A stretch of DNA of 33,241 bases from contig JACCZH010000247.1 of NCBI GenBank assembly GCA_013696045.1, positions 1 through 33,241 of the forward strand, given 5' to 3'. This document shows, in pieces, positions 16,666 to 27,075 of this stretch. The notes below the pieces were generated by a model. It saw only the letters and a list, made by a program, of their open reading frames with translations, searched no databases and was not told the origin of the DNA. The translations under genes were made by a program, and so were the position numbers. Origin of the DNA: Chloroflexia bacterium. Lineage in GTDB: Bacteria; Chloroflexota; Chloroflexia; Thermomicrobiales; CFX8. The first letter of the stretch is position 1. Each line of letters opens with the position of its first letter.

Positions 16666-17661
16666 ATGGAACCACTACTCGACGTGAAGAATCTGAAAAC
16701 GCAGTTCTTCACTCAGGATGGGGTAGTGAGAGCTGTCGACGACGTATCGTTCGACATCCTGCCGGGCGAGACGCTTGGCATCGTGGGTGAGTCCGGCTGT
16801 GGCAAGAGCATCACAGCCATGTCGATCATGAGGCTCATTCCGTCGCCTCCTGGAAAGATCGTTCAGGGAGAAATCCTCTTTAAAGGCGAAGACATCATCA
16901 CCATGAGCGATGAGGAAATTCGCCACATCCGGGGCAACGAGATTGCCATGATCTTTCAGGACCCGATGACCTCGCTCAACCCCGTGCTCTCAATTAACCG
17001 CCAGCTGGGTGAGACGCTTGAGTTGCACATGGGCATGAACAAAAGTCAGGCGCGGCGACGCTCAATTGAGCTGCTTGAGATGGTCGGTATTCCGAACGCC
17101 GAAGAGCGGGTTAACCAGTATCCGCACCAATTCTCAGGTGGTATGCGCCAGCGCGTGATGATCGCAATGGCGCTTTCCTGTAACCCCAGCCTGTTGATTG
17201 CCGATGAGCCTACGACGGCGCTCGATGTGACGATTCAGGCCCAGATTCTTGATCTCATGAAGACACTCCAGGCAGAGCACAACACGGCGGTGATGCTTAT
17301 TACTCACGACCTCGGCGTCGTGGCCGGCATGAGCGACCGGATCAACGTGATGTACGCCGGCCATGTTGTTGAGACCGCTACAGCTGAAGAGCTTTTCGCC
17401 AACCCTCGGCACCCATACACGGTTGGGTTGTTGAACTCTATCCCGCGTCTCGACTCTGAGGTGCGTGAGAAACTTGACCCAATCCGCGGACTGCCGCCCG
17501 ATCTCATCGATCTCCCGGATCTTTGCCCGTTCGTGCCACGTTGTGATTACGCGCGTGAGAAGTGCGAACAGCAGAATCCTCCGCTGCTTGACGTGGCCCC
17601 TGGCCATCGTTCGGCGTGCTGGTTCTGGGAAGAAGTCAGCAAAGAAGGGCCGAAGGCATAA
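16666..17661 (+). CDS. OppD/DppD-like ABC ATP-binding protein, second copy (no adjacent permease or binding protein)
   Basis: [36 protein letters not shown] and a C-terminal [15 protein letters not shown] motif. Clearly paralogous to 3624..4649 (for example [16 protein letters not shown]....[15 protein letters not shown]). GAAGGAG RBS. Confidence 0.93.
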   Translation: MEPLLDVKNLKTQFFTQDGVVRAVDDVSFDILPGETLGIVGESGCGKSITAMSIMRLIPSPPGKIVQGEILFKGEDIITMSDEEIRHIRGNEIAMIFQDPMTSLNPVLSINRQLGETLELHMGMNKSQARRRSIELLEMVGIPNAEERVNQYPHQFSGGMRQRVMIAMALSCNPSLLIADEPTTALDVTIQAQILDLMKTLQAEHNTAVMLITHDLGVVAGMSDRINVMYAGHVVETATAEELFANPRHPYTVGLLNSIPRLDSEVREKLDPIRGLPPDLIDLPDLCPFVPRCDYAREKCEQQNPPLLDVAPGHRSACWFWEEVSKEGPKA

Positions 17662-17663
17662 CG

Positions 17664-18704
17664 ATGGCAACTGACACAACAACACGCGCGCCGGGCAACG
17701 GCGCCGGCCCGGCCGAAGATGTTCTGCTCGATGTTGACAACCTGAAGATGCACTTTCCGCTTACTCGCGGCATTATCATCCAGCGTCAGGTTGGCGCGGT
17801 GAAGGCGGTTGACGGGATTACCTTTCAGGTGAGGCGTGGCGAGACGCTCGGTCTGGTGGGTGAGTCCGGTTGCGGCAAGAGCACCGCTGGCCGCGCCATT
17901 TTGCAGCTCTACAAACCAACCGAAGGAACTGTCAACTTCAATGGCAGTGAGCTCACCAAGCTTGATGGCGGTGAAATGCGCAAGATGCGCCGCTACCTGC
18001 AAATGATCTTCCAGGACCCATACGCCTCGTTGAATCCGCGTATGACGGTTGGCTCGATCGTTAGCGAGCCGATGCAGATTCATAATCTGGTGCCGAAAGA
18101 TCAGCGCAACGCCCGTGTGCGCGAGTTGCTGGAGACCGTGGGTTTGAACCCATACTTCGCCAACCGCTACCCGCACGAGTTCTCGGGTGGCCAGCGGCAA
18201 CGTATTGGTGTTGCTCGTGCGTTGGCGGCTAACCCGGACTTCATTGTTGCTGACGAGCCAGTCTCGGCGCTCGACGTGTCCATTCAGGCACAGATCATCA
18301 ACCTTATGGAGGATTTGCAGCAGGAGTTCAAGCTCACCTATCTGTTTATTGCTCATGACCTCTCGGTGGTGCGGCACATCTCAGACCGCATCGCGGTGAT
18401 GTACCTCGGCAAGTTTGTCGAACTGGCTGACCGTGACGCATTGCTGAATGATCCTTTGCACCCATACACCAAAGCGCTCCTCTCGGCCGTGCCGATTCCG
18501 GACCCGGTCATTGAAAAGCGTCGCGAGCGTATTATCCTCACCGGCGATGTGCCGAGCCCGATCAACCCGCCTTCGGGTTGCCGCTTTCACACACGCTGCC
18601 CATACGTGATGCCGGTCTGCAAAGAAAAAGATCCGATCTTCGTGGACCAGGGAGCCGGCCATTTCGTGGCCTGCCACCTGTACCCGGGATCGATCGCCGA
18701 CTAA
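17664..18704 (+). CDS. OppF/DppF-like ABC ATP-binding protein, second copy
   Basis: [36 protein letters not shown] and [18 protein letters not shown] 17664 lies 2 nt after the upstream stop. Track start 17616 is rejected. Confidence 0.93.
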   Translation: MATDTTTRAPGNGAGPAEDVLLDVDNLKMHFPLTRGIIIQRQVGAVKAVDGITFQVRRGETLGLVGESGCGKSTAGRAILQLYKPTEGTVNFNGSELTKLDGGEMRKMRRYLQMIFQDPYASLNPRMTVGSIVSEPMQIHNLVPKDQRNARVRELLETVGLNPYFANRYPHEFSGGQRQRIGVARALAANPDFIVADEPVSALDVSIQAQIINLMEDLQQEFKLTYLFIAHDLSVVRHISDRIAVMYLGKFVELADRDALLNDPLHPYTKALLSAVPIPDPVIEKRRERIILTGDVPSPINPPSGCRFHTRCPYVMPVCKEKDPIFVDQGAGHFVACHLYPGSIAD

Positions 18705-18727
18705 GCGAGACACATACCCGCCACTTC

Positions 18728-18764
18728 AACGCGCCAGGGTCGAACACCGTGGCGCGTTTGTTTG
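18728..18764 (+). terminator. Rho-independent terminator after the orphan ATPase pair
   Basis: AACGCGCCA-(13-nt loop)-TGGCGCGTT followed by TGTTTG, 24 nt after the stop at 18704. Confidence 0.65.
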
Positions 18765-18867
18765 CGGGTGGTGTTTACTCTGTGTAGCGTTTAGGCCGTT
18801 TATGGGAGGTAGATTTTCTTGAACGTCGCAGCTCTACCGACGCTTTGGGGAAACAGCAGCTCTTAAT

Positions 18868-18895
18868 AGAGATCCTTCGTTCCTCAGGAGGACTG
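18868..18895. repeat. Hairpin repeat, copy 2
   Basis: AGAGATCCTTCGTTCCTCAGGAGGACTG. One mismatch relative to 14063-14090. The upstream flank also shares CAGCT..AAT. Confidence 0.8.
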
Positions 18896-18991
18896 CTCAA
18901 CGCCATTCTTCTCCGTGATACCGATCAGGCTGATGCAACTACTACAAAATGGCAAACCGACCCCGATACCTGAAACGAGGAAATCACCGCA

Positions 18992-19642
18992 GTGTTTGGC
19001 CAGCCGCGCCCAATAGAAATCAATCCCGATTACATCGTCGCTACAGTCATCGCGTTTGTGATCGGCATTACGATCCACGAGTTCATGCACGCCTGGTCCG
19101 CGTACCAGCTTGGCGATCCCACTGCGGCGCGGCTGGGAAGGATTACGCTCAACCCGGTGTCGCACTTCGATCCGTTGGGCTTTATCTTCATGATCATGCT
19201 GTCGCTGGGCTTTGGGGTGATCGCCTGGGGCAAGCCGGTGCCGGTAAATCCTGCGGCCCTGCGCGGCGGCCGGCATGGCATGGCGATTACCGCCGTCGCG
19301 GGTCCGGCCTCTAACTTGGTTATTGCCACGGCCGTCGCGATACCAATGCGCTTTGGAGGCATTGAGCTGGATGGGTTCATGGAGCTGCTGGTGCGCCAGG
19401 TCATATGGCTTAACCTGCTGCTGGCGGCCTTCAACATGATCCCGATCCCCCCGCTGGACGGGTCCAAGATCCTGGCCGGGATTCTGCCCAATTTCTGGTA
19501 CCAATATCTTGCCCCGCTGCAACAGTATGGCATTGCAATCCTGCTGGTGCTGGTCGTTGTGGGTGGCGGAGTGCTGCAGGCTATGTATCTCCCGGTCTTC
19601 ACGCTGTTTTGGGACAGCATCGTTGGCTCGACACAGCTCTGA
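18992..19642 (+). CDS. Site-2 protease family (peptidase M50) membrane metalloprotease, short form
   Basis: HEFMHAWSAYQLGD (HExxH) and NLLLAAFNMIPIPPLDGSK (NxxPxxxLDG), multi-TM. GTG start with GAGGAAA upstream. Confidence 0.88.
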   Translation: MFGQPRPIEINPDYIVATVIAFVIGITIHEFMHAWSAYQLGDPTAARLGRITLNPVSHFDPLGFIFMIMLSLGFGVIAWGKPVPVNPAALRGGRHGMAITAVAGPASNLVIATAVAIPMRFGGIELDGFMELLVRQVIWLNLLLAAFNMIPIPPLDGSKILAGILPNFWYQYLAPLQQYGIAILLVLVVVGGGVLQAMYLPVFTLFWDSIVGSTQL

Positions 19643-19658
19643 TATGCAAAGGACGAGC

Positions 19659-20210
19659 ATGACATATGTTCCGGCGGTTCGGAAGACAGGTCAAGGTGTC
19701 GCCTGGCGGGTGATTCAGGGTTTCCGGACGATGGCGTACCGGCATGATAGCGAGATCGATCGCAGACTGCATGACATTCTTCAGAATGAGGCGCAGTGGA
19801 GGTTGTTATTGCGCTTATCGGCCTTCGACCGGGCGCATCATTTACGGGTGCACGACACGCTGATCGCGGCTGGCCATGTTGACGCGGATCTGCTTCGTGC
19901 TGCCGCGTTGCACGATGCCGGCAAGGCTGACGATCGCGGGCGGGTGCGGCTGCCCCATCGCGTTTTGAAGGTATTTCTCCAGGCGACCTCACCCTGGCTG
20001 CTGGGTCTGACTGGACGGCGTGACGGTGGTTGGTTGGGGCACGGATTGTTTCTGGCGCGTCATCATGCGCAACTAGGAGCACAGCTTGCCGAAACCGCAG
20101 GCGCATCGGAGCGTTGTGTGGAGTTGATTGCCCGGCACGAAGAAAACCCTCCGGTGGACGACCCTCATTTACGGGCGTTGATTCAAGCCGATGCAGGAGC
20201 AATCGCATGA
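19659..20210 (+). CDS. HD-domain protein (putative metal-dependent phosphohydrolase)
   Basis: ..RAHHLRVHDTLIAAG..LRAAALHDAGKAD.. (H..HD motifs). Start is ATG 19659 (AAGGA upstream) or ATG 19644. The stop overlaps the scpA start (ATGA). Confidence 0.7.
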   Translation: MTYVPAVRKTGQGVAWRVIQGFRTMAYRHDSEIDRRLHDILQNEAQWRLLLRLSAFDRAHHLRVHDTLIAAGHVDADLLRAAALHDAGKADDRGRVRLPHRVLKVFLQATSPWLLGLTGRRDGGWLGHGLFLARHHAQLGAQLAETAGASERCVELIARHEENPPVDDPHLRALIQADAGAIA

Positions 20211-20953
20211 CAACGGACACCGCACCGATGACATTGGCTTCGTATCAACTGCGGTTACCGAGCTTTGAGGGACCCCTGGACGTGTTGCTCTCTCTGATTG
20301 AGCGCGAGAAACTGGACATATCGGACCTCTCACTTGTGACCGTCACTGACGGTTTCCTGGCGCATATCGACGCTTTAGAAGATGCTACGCCGCGTTTGTT
20401 GGCTGATTTCCTGGGCGTCGCGGCCCGGTTGCTGGTGTTGAAATCGAGGGCGCTTCTGCCGCGCCCAGAAGTGCACGAGGCCGTTGAAGACGTGGATGAT
20501 CTCGCGGAGCAATTGCGCGAGTACCAGCGGATGCGCAATGTCGCAAACGGGTTGGGTGAGGCGCAGGTCGCGTTGTGGCGTTCCTACTCGCGAAGCGCGC
20601 CACCAGTCGCCCGTCCAACGCGGATGATGTTTGTGTTGCCGCCGGTCGCCCATCTGGGCCGGGCGCTGGTGCGGGCTATCGCCCGGCAACCGGCCGAGCC
20701 TGAGCCGGTGCTGATGAGGCGTGTCGTTTCGGTGGCGGAAATGGCTGGCAGATTGCTCGCCGCAATCACGGCATCCAAGCGGTCGCGACGTTTCGTGGAC
20801 CTGGTGAGCAAGACCGACCGCGAGGAGACCGTGGCCGGCTTCATCGCACTGCTCGCACTCTGGCGGCGACGTCAGATTGATGTCCAGCAGGACGGATTGT
20901 TTGCGGACATAATGATTGAGCCCGTCAGCGCGGGTGAGGGCACGACACCATGA
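20206..20953 (+). CDS. scpA: Segregation and condensation protein A
   Basis: LPSFEGPLDVLLSLIEREKLDISDLSLVTVTDGFLAHI is the kleisin ScpA N-terminal signature. ATGA overlaps at both ends. Confidence 0.9.
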
Positions 20954-21507
20954 CACAGAATGGTCACGACCAGCAGGCCGCGCTTGATATTGACACTGGC
21001 ACGGCTGGCGAGCGGGCGGCAATTCTTGAAGCGCTGCTGTTTGCCCGTGGTGAAGCCGAAGAGGTAAGCGTACTGGCGACGGCGTTGGGTTGGACGCCGG
21101 CCGCGGTTCACCGTGCGTTGGACGAGCTCGGCGCACTTCTGAATGAACACGGTCGCGGTATTGTCTTGCAGCGTGACGGCACGCGGGCCGAGCTGGTTTC
21201 CGCGCCCCGTTTTGGCGCCTTGGTGCAGCGCATGCTCATGATCGAGCGCACGGTGCGGCTCTCGCCGGCCGCGCTCGAGACCCTGGCGATTGTCGCCTAC
21301 CGGCAGCCTGTCACCCGGCCGGAGATCGAAGCCGTGCGCGGTGTCGACTCAAGCGGCGTCCTTTCCAACCTGGCCGCGCGTGACCTGGTCGAGACCGTTG
21401 GCCGCCGCAACACGCTCGGAAATCCCCATGAATACGCCACCACGGCGGCGTTCCTCAATTTCTTCGGGCTATCGTCGCTGGAGGATCTTCCAGCAGTCGG
21501 GGAGTGA
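20950..21507 (+). CDS. scpB: Segregation and condensation protein B
   Basis: ILEALLFARGEA... and LSPAALETLAIVAYRQPVTRPEIEAVRGVDSSGVLSNL, the two winged-helix ScpB motifs. Confidence 0.9.
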   Translation: MTQNGHDQQAALDIDTGTAGERAAILEALLFARGEAEEVSVLATALGWTPAAVHRALDELGALLNEHGRGIVLQRDGTRAELVSAPRFGALVQRMLMIERTVRLSPAALETLAIVAYRQPVTRPEIEAVRGVDSSGVLSNLAARDLVETVGRRNTLGNPHEYATTAAFLNFFGLSSLEDLPAVGE

Positions 21508-21513
21508 TGAGGT

Positions 21514-22683
21514 CTACGTCACCAAGGCCGACATCTCGCGCAGGCGCTGAACCGAGGTTGCGATGGTGTCGATGGCGCGGTCGATCTCGGCTACGGTGTT
21601 GTCTTTTCCGACGGTAAGGCGCAGTGAGCCTTGTGCGAGATTCTCGGAAATGCCCAGAGCAAGCAGAACATGTGAGGGTTCGGTCGAACCGGTGGCACAG
21701 GCGGAGCCGCTGGAGGCCGAGATGCCGTGCATATCCAGATCGAGCAGAATACTTTCGCCCTCGACCCCCGCAAATGAGATATTCACGTTGTTCGGCAGGC
21801 GATGATCGCGGCTGCCATTGAGCTGAGAATGCGGGACGCGGCCCAAGATGCCGTCGATGAGCCGATCGCGCAACATGCGCTGATGTGCGCTCCTCTCGAC
21901 CAGGGCGCGCTGAGCCAGGGTTAGTCCAGCCGCCATGCCGACGATACCGGGCACGTTCTCGGTTCCCGCTCGGCGGGCATATTCCTGTCCGCCGCCGAGC
22001 TGCTGCCAGGCGATCCTGGCGCCCCGGCGAACATACAGCAGCCCTACCCCTTTGGGCGCATAGAATTTGTGGGCACTGAGACTCAGGAGATCCACACCAA
22101 GCTCATCGACGTCCAGCGACAACGCCCCAGCGGCCTGGACGGCGTCGGTGTGTATCAGAATGCCGTGCTGCCGGGCGATGGCGGAGATCTCGGCGATGGG
22201 CTGGATGGTCCCAATCTCGTTGTTGGCATACATAATCGAAATGAGGCAGGTATCCGGACGGATGGCGTTTGCCACTGCTTCAGGCTCGATCAGACCAGCA
22301 GCGTCTGGCTCAATAATTGTTATCTCAAAACCGTGCTCGGCGAGGCTTTCGACGGCGTGCAGGACAGCGTGGTGCTCGATGGCGCTAGTAATAATATGGT
22401 TGCCGCCGCTATTGAGACGGTTGAACCAGGCCACGCCACGAATAGCGGTGTTGTTGGATTCGGTGGCGCCGCTGGTCATGACGACTTCACGCGGCAGACA
22501 ATGAAGGATGCCGGCTAATGTGCCACGCGCCCAATCCAGACCTGCCCGCGCGTCGCGGCCTGCGCCGTAGATGCTGGTGGGGTTGCCAAACCGGGCTGTG
22601 AAAAACGGAAGCATCGCCTCAAGAACCGCCGGATCGACCGGGGTCGTCGCGGCATGGTCCAAGTAGATGTCGGTATCAGTCAC
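21514..22683 (-). CDS. Cysteine desulfurase (NifS/IscS class V aminotransferase)
   Basis: IYLDHAATTPVDP, PLP-lysine region SLSAHKFYAPKGVGLLYV, active-site loop SSGSACATG. GTG start with AAAGGTGAG upstream. Confidence 0.92.
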   Translation of the reverse strand: MTDTDIYLDHAATTPVDPAVLEAMLPFFTARFGNPTSIYGAGRDARAGLDWARGTLAGILHCLPREVVMTSGATESNNTAIRGVAWFNRLNSGGNHIITSAIEHHAVLHAVESLAEHGFEITIIEPDAAGLIEPEAVANAIRPDTCLISIMYANNEIGTIQPIAEISAIARQHGILIHTDAVQAAGALSLDVDELGVDLLSLSAHKFYAPKGVGLLYVRRGARIAWQQLGGGQEYARRAGTENVPGIVGMAAGLTLAQRALVERSAHQRMLRDRLIDGILGRVPHSQLNGSRDHRLPNNVNISFAGVEGESILLDLDMHGISASSGSACATGSTEPSHVLLALGISENLAQGSLRLTVGKDNTVAEIDRAIDTIATSVQRLREMSALVT

Positions 22684-22736
22684 CGACGCTCACCTTTCAA
22701 TCGTTTGTCATTATCTGGGGCAGCGGTCGCGCCGGA

Positions 22737-23195
22737 TCAGGATGCCCGCGCGCTCGATCGGTCGGTGGTAGCGAGCTGTGGCCGGCTCTGGGCAAGCAGA
22801 TCGCCCAGCGACGTCGAATCCAGCGCGTCAACAATACTGTCACGCACCTTGAGCCACACGACACGGGTCGCGCAACCGTCGATCAATGGGCATTGTTCTT
22901 CCGGCTCTACTTCGGAGACACACTCCATCGGCGCCACCGGGCCTTCGAGGACCCGATAGACCTGACCAACCATGATTTCCGCCGGTGCGCGGGACAGCTC
23001 ATATCCGCCGTGCGCTCCACGGGTGGATGTCACCAACCCCGCGCGGCGAAGCGGTCCGATCAATTGTTCAAGATAGGCCGTCGGCACGGTGGCATTCTGG
23101 GCGATCGCCGTCAGTGAAACAGGCCCCTGCCCATACTGGCGTGAGAGCTCCACCATCGCTCGCATGCCGTATTCGCCTCGGGTGGATACTTTCAC
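22737..23195 (-). CDS. Rrf2-family transcriptional regulator (IscR/CymR-like)
   Basis: (V)KVSTRGEYGMRAMVELS..., HTH region AIAQNATVPTAYLEQLIGPLRRAGLV, GAHGGYEL, and three Cys (C-x10-C-x5-C) as possible Fe-S ligands. GTG 23195 with GAGGAG upstream. Confidence 0.88.
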   Translation of the reverse strand: MKVSTRGEYGMRAMVELSRQYGQGPVSLTAIAQNATVPTAYLEQLIGPLRRAGLVTSTRGAHGGYELSRAPAEIMVGQVYRVLEGPVAPMECVSEVEPEEQCPLIDGCATRVVWLKVRDSIVDALDSTSLGDLLAQSRPQLATTDRSSARAS

Positions 23196-23239
23196 GGTGG
23201 CGCTCCTCTCAGTTCGGTTGCGCCGGAGTAGATAGCTTG

Positions 23240-23269
23240 ATCGTACACCTCGTATGCGATAACGGTCAA
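23240..23269 (-). promoter_or_regulatory. Sigma-70-type promoter for the Rrf2-cysteine desulfurase operon
   Basis: Minus strand reads TTGACC (23269-23264), an 18-nt spacer, then TACGAT (23245-23240), about 45 nt upstream of GTG 23195. Confidence 0.45.
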
Positions 23270-23310
23270 GTTTACCGCATTCAGGGCGGGAAGTCCGTCC
23301 GGGTGAAACG

Positions 23311-24495
23311 CTAGCGCCAGACCAGACGGAGACGGTTCCAGAATGCCAACAACATGCCAAAATGCCAGGCGCGATTGCGCTCTTCGATCACCTGATAGAC
23401 GTGCCCCAGCCGGTCTCCGGTAAAGATGCCACGATACTCTCCGTTGTCGATAACCGGCACAGCAGAGCGGTTTGACTCGTGCATCCAGAGATGAACGTCG
23501 TAGACGGAATCGCTCACCTCAGCTGGATGAAACCCGCGGTCCATAACGTCGCGAACATAGATCTCGTGATGCGAACCGCTTAAATGGTGTAACAGCTCAT
23601 GCCGCCAAAGCATTCCCACAACCTGATGGTTGCGAGTAACGACGATGTCACGCGGGCCGCCGCGGGTGGCAAACGAGAGTGGAACATCCGGGCTGATGCC
23701 TCCCGCTTCCCAGAGCGCAAACTGTCCGACTGGCAGCGCTTTCAGCGCGGATTCAATTTCGACGTGGCGTATCTCCATCTGGGCGGAGACCAGAATAAAC
23801 ACACTCACCAGTGGCATGAGATAGTCGCCGATCAAGAGCCCGCCCGCCCCGAGCGCGACCGCCATCGTTTGCGCGGTGTACACCGAGATACGCGTGGCGG
23901 AGAGTCGATTGCGGTGGGCCGAGAGCAAGGCGCGCAATACTCGCCCACCGTCCATCGGGAAGGCTGGCAATAGATTGAATATTGCCAGCAGGATATTTGC
24001 GATCCAGAGATAAAGGATGAAGCCCGCGATCGAGATTTCGTCCGCATACAGGAGGATTCCGATAGCCTGGTTGATGTTATGCGCGACGGCGATGAGTAAC
24101 ACCAGAGGGGTGAGCGCAAGCGCGATCAGGACGTTCATAAGCGGGCCGGCGACGGCAATCAGCGTTTCAGCGCGCGGCGTGAGCGATGCATGCTCTATTC
24201 TGGCCACGCCGCCAATTGGCAGCAAGGTGATGTCGTGAACCGCGAGGCCATGCCTTATCGCTACAACGGCGTGGGCGAGCTCGTGAGCCAGCACGCAACC
24301 GAAGACTGCGAGGAGCACGATGGTGCCAAACAGGACACCTGGCACCCCTGCTCCTGTGGCAAAGCCCCACTGGTAGATAACCCAGATAAGAAGGAGCGCG
24401 AACGACGGGTGAACTTTTATCGCTATTCCGCGAAAGGATCCGATGTCAATCGAACGGCCCAAACAGTCCACCGATCTCCTGATTCCCACAGGCAT
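23311..24495 (-). CDS. Site-2 protease family (peptidase M50) with a C-terminal CBS pair
   Basis: HELAHAVVAIRHG (HExxH), NLLPAFPMDGGRVLRA, several TM segments, then two CBS-like repeats (..DIVVTRNHQVVGML.. and ..AVPVIDNGEYRGIFT..). Confidence 0.88.
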   Translation of the reverse strand: MPVGIRRSVDCLGRSIDIGSFRGIAIKVHPSFALLLIWVIYQWGFATGAGVPGVLFGTIVLLAVFGCVLAHELAHAVVAIRHGLAVHDITLLPIGGVARIEHASLTPRAETLIAVAGPLMNVLIALALTPLVLLIAVAHNINQAIGILLYADEISIAGFILYLWIANILLAIFNLLPAFPMDGGRVLRALLSAHRNRLSATRISVYTAQTMAVALGAGGLLIGDYLMPLVSVFILVSAQMEIRHVEIESALKALPVGQFALWEAGGISPDVPLSFATRGGPRDIVVTRNHQVVGMLWRHELLHHLSGSHHEIYVRDVMDRGFHPAEVSDSVYDVHLWMHESNRSAVPVIDNGEYRGIFTGDRLGHVYQVIEERNRAWHFGMLLAFWNRLRLVWR

Positions 24496-24627
24496 GAAAC
24501 GTACCCCTGTGGAGAGGATACCGGATGATAACAGAACCGTGACCTCCAGCGAGGAGTATGGAAGTTATAATCGCAGCCGGGAAGAATGAGATCTCAAACG
24601 CGATCGCGGGAACGGGGAGGGGCACCG

Positions 24628-25560
24628 GTGCAGCTGAAACATGTCCTGGAAGTGGATCAATTCAGGCGGTCCGACCTTGACCATATCTTTGCACATGCGC
24701 TGACGATGCGCGCTATTGCGAAGCATGGAACCGACAACCGGCTGCACGACAAGATTCTGGCGACACTGTTCTATGAACCAAGCACCCGTACCCGCCTGAG
24801 TTTTGAATCGGCCATGCAGCGGCTGGGCGGCCAGGTCATTTCGTCCGAAATGGCGGCCGAAACCTCGTCAGCCGCCAAGGGCGAGACGATTCAGGATACC
24901 GTGCGAATCGTTGAATCCTATTCCGATGTTATTGCGATACGGCACCCAGACGCCGGAACATCAGCCGCTGCGGCCGGCGTCGCCAGTGTCCCCATCCTGA
25001 ACGCCGGCGACGGCGCGCGCGAGCATCCCACCCAGGCGTTGCTGGACTTGTTCACGATTGGAGACGAGCTGGGGCGTATCGACGATTTTGCGATAGCTCT
25101 GGTTGGAGATCTGCGCTACGGCCGCGCGCCGCGCTCGCTGGCGAAGCTGCTCACTCAGGTGAACGGATGCCGGATCATCATGGTCACTCCGCCAGGCATC
25201 GAAATGGCCCAAGACGTGCTGGATGCGCTTATTGCGTCAGACGTGGCATTTGAGCTTGAAAGCGATCTCTCCGCCGTGGTTGGGCGGGTTGACGTGGTGT
25301 ATATGACGAGGGTTCAGAAGGAGCGCTTTCCATCGGAGGAGGAGTACTCGGCGGTTCAGGGCCGTTATCAGCTTGATCCGGCGCTACTGGAGGGGCTGCG
25401 GGACGACGCGATCATTATGCACCCACTGCCGCGCGTCGGCGAGATTCACCCCGGGATTGACGCCGATCCTCGCGCGGCGTACTTCCGCCAGGCGCGCAAC
25501 GGTGTGTTTGTCAGGATGGCGTTGCTGGACCTGTTGTTGAATAATCAGAGCCAGGATTGA
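24628..25560 (+). CDS. pyrB: Aspartate carbamoyltransferase catalytic subunit
   Basis: LFYEPSTRTRLSFESA, HPTQALLD and HPLPRVGEI. Preferred start is GTG 24628, preceded by GGGGAGGGG. Track start 24586 is less likely. No pyrI or pyrC lies adjacent. Confidence 0.92.
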   Translation: MQLKHVLEVDQFRRSDLDHIFAHALTMRAIAKHGTDNRLHDKILATLFYEPSTRTRLSFESAMQRLGGQVISSEMAAETSSAAKGETIQDTVRIVESYSDVIAIRHPDAGTSAAAAGVASVPILNAGDGAREHPTQALLDLFTIGDELGRIDDFAIALVGDLRYGRAPRSLAKLLTQVNGCRIIMVTPPGIEMAQDVLDALIASDVAFELESDLSAVVGRVDVVYMTRVQKERFPSEEEYSAVQGRYQLDPALLEGLRDDAIIMHPLPRVGEIHPGIDADPRAAYFRQARNGVFVRMALLDLLLNNQSQD

Positions 25561-25716
25561 TTGCTGGATGATCGATAGTCATCTCGACAGCTATGCACCC
25601 TCTGGGTCGTAGAGATCTTGGTTCGGTCGCATAGAGACTTCTCCACTCCGCAGAGCCTGTTTTGAGCGTCAGTCGAATGGGCTCCGGTCAAGATGACACG
25701 TCCTACGCGATGCGGA

Positions 25717-27075
25717 CTAGATCGGTGGCTGACCTGGAGTAGACAGCGGTGTATCGCGTTCCTCCAGTACCGGCGCGGGCTGGCGCAGGTTATATAGGCC
25801 GGTTGCCAACAGCAGCACGGCGACCGCCAGGAATACCTGGATAACTCCATAGAGGTCGGCGAACGCACCGGCGAACAGGACCGGTATGAACATCGCAATG
25901 TTCGAGACGGTAAAGAACGTCGCGTAGACCCGGGCGAGTGCGTTCTCCGGGCTGCCAAGCTGTAGCAACGTCTGAGCCGGGACAATAATGAAGGCATTCG
26001 ATATCCCCAGTGTAAACGAGAAAAAGACCGCCACGAGCACGACACCCAGTGCCGCGGTGTCCTGGCTGAGATCGAAGATACGCGCGACGGGCTCGGTCAG
26101 CGCCAGCAGCGCCAGCGACGCGGCAGCGCCGATCAACCCATAATCGACCAGGCGCGGCGCCGGAATCTTGCGCGTTACCTTGTTCACCACCAGCGCCCCG
26201 GCAACGACGCCTAACCCTGCTGGCGCCACGATAAATCCGATGTCTTCTCTCGATAGTCCCAGAACGTTGGTGATGAACTCCGGCCCCAATGCCGCAATCA
26301 TCAGATAGGTTGTCGTGGCCAGGGTCAGGTACGTGATGGCTTTCAGCAACACGGCCCGTTGCAGAATGAGAACGACGCCTTCACGCGCTTCACGGATAAA
26401 CTGTCGGAAGGGCTGGCCGTCGTCGCTCATGACATCGCGGAGGCGCGGCGCGCCGGAGGATCTCGGGAGCAGCAGCACCATCCCGGTCGTAAAGACATAC
26501 AGAATGAGAATGCCGATCAATGTCATCTCGGTGCCGACCAGCTTGATGGTCAACGGCCCGAACACGGCGAACCCCAGAATCTGCGAGCCCGTGACCGTCA
26601 GATTAAAGAGGGCGTTCGCGTTGATAAGGTCACGAGGGCTGACAATATTCGGAATCGTCGCGAGCTGTGCCGGCCCAAAGAACATGCCGACCGCGCCTAA
26701 AAAGAAAGTGATCGAATAGAGTGCCACCAGGGTGATCTGCGCCGGCCACGCGGGATCAAGACCGAGAAACGCCAGAACGCCGAGCACCCGCAACGCGTTG
26801 GATATCAACATAACGGTGCGCTTATTGGCCCGGTCAACGACGACACCGGCGATTGGCGAGAAGATGACCGCGGGAACGCTGAAGGCGAGCACGAGTAGGG
26901 AAACCGCCGTGTTTGCTTGCGTGAGCTGTTGGGTCTCGACGATGGTGCGGACAACGATCAGCAGCGTGAAGTTGATCATGTTTTGCGCTGTTTGCGAGAG
27001 ACCCTGAATCACCCAAAGCCGCAGGAATGCCTGGTTGCGCAGGACGGCAACCAGCCCGCCTTCAGATGCTCTCAC
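25717..27075 (-). CDS. MFS transporter (EntS/DUF894-like exporter type)
   Basis: About 12 TM segments. N-terminus LRNQAFLRLWVIQGLSQTAQNM and loop motif GVVVDRANKRTVM. GTG 27075 overlaps the DUF951 stop (GTGA). Confidence 0.85.
   Translation of the reverse strand: MRASEGGLVAVLRNQAFLRLWVIQGLSQTAQNMINFTLLIVVRTIVETQQLTQANTAVSLLVLAFSVPAVIFSPIAGVVVDRANKRTVMLISNALRVLGVLAFLGLDPAWPAQITLVALYSITFFLGAVGMFFGPAQLATIPNIVSPRDLINANALFNLTVTGSQILGFAVFGPLTIKLVGTEMTLIGILILYVFTTGMVLLLPRSSGAPRLRDVMSDDGQPFRQFIREAREGVVLILQRAVLLKAITYLTLATTTYLMIAALGPEFITNVLGLSREDIGFIVAPAGLGVVAGALVVNKVTRKIPAPRLVDYGLIGAAASLALLALTEPVARIFDLSQDTAALGVVLVAVFFSFTLGISNAFIIVPAQTLLQLGSPENALARVYATFFTVSNIAMFIPVLFAGAFADLYGVIQVFLAVAVLLLATGLYNLRQPAPVLEERDTPLSTPGQPPI

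Noticed and set aside
19030-20220. 396-aa minus-strand ORF, the longest unassigned ORF in the window
   Set aside because: It lies antisense to two well-supported + strand genes (the M50 protease with HExxH/LDG motifs and the HD protein). It is rich in Pro, Arg, Ser and Ala with no recognisable motif. This is a typical shadow ORF of GC-rich DNA.
21498-21520. 6-bp hairpin GTGATG-AGGTCTA-CGTCAC spanning the convergent scpB and cysteine desulfurase stop codons
   Set aside because: The stem is short and includes a G-U pair, with no U-run on either side. It is plausibly incidental to the 6-nt intergenic gap.
24496-24627. PyrR-binding-loop-like sequence CCUCCAGCGAGGAG upstream of pyrB
   Set aside because: It matches the UCCAGAGAGGCU consensus only partly. 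No attenuator terminator or U-run follows, and no pyrR gene is in the window. The evidence is too weak.
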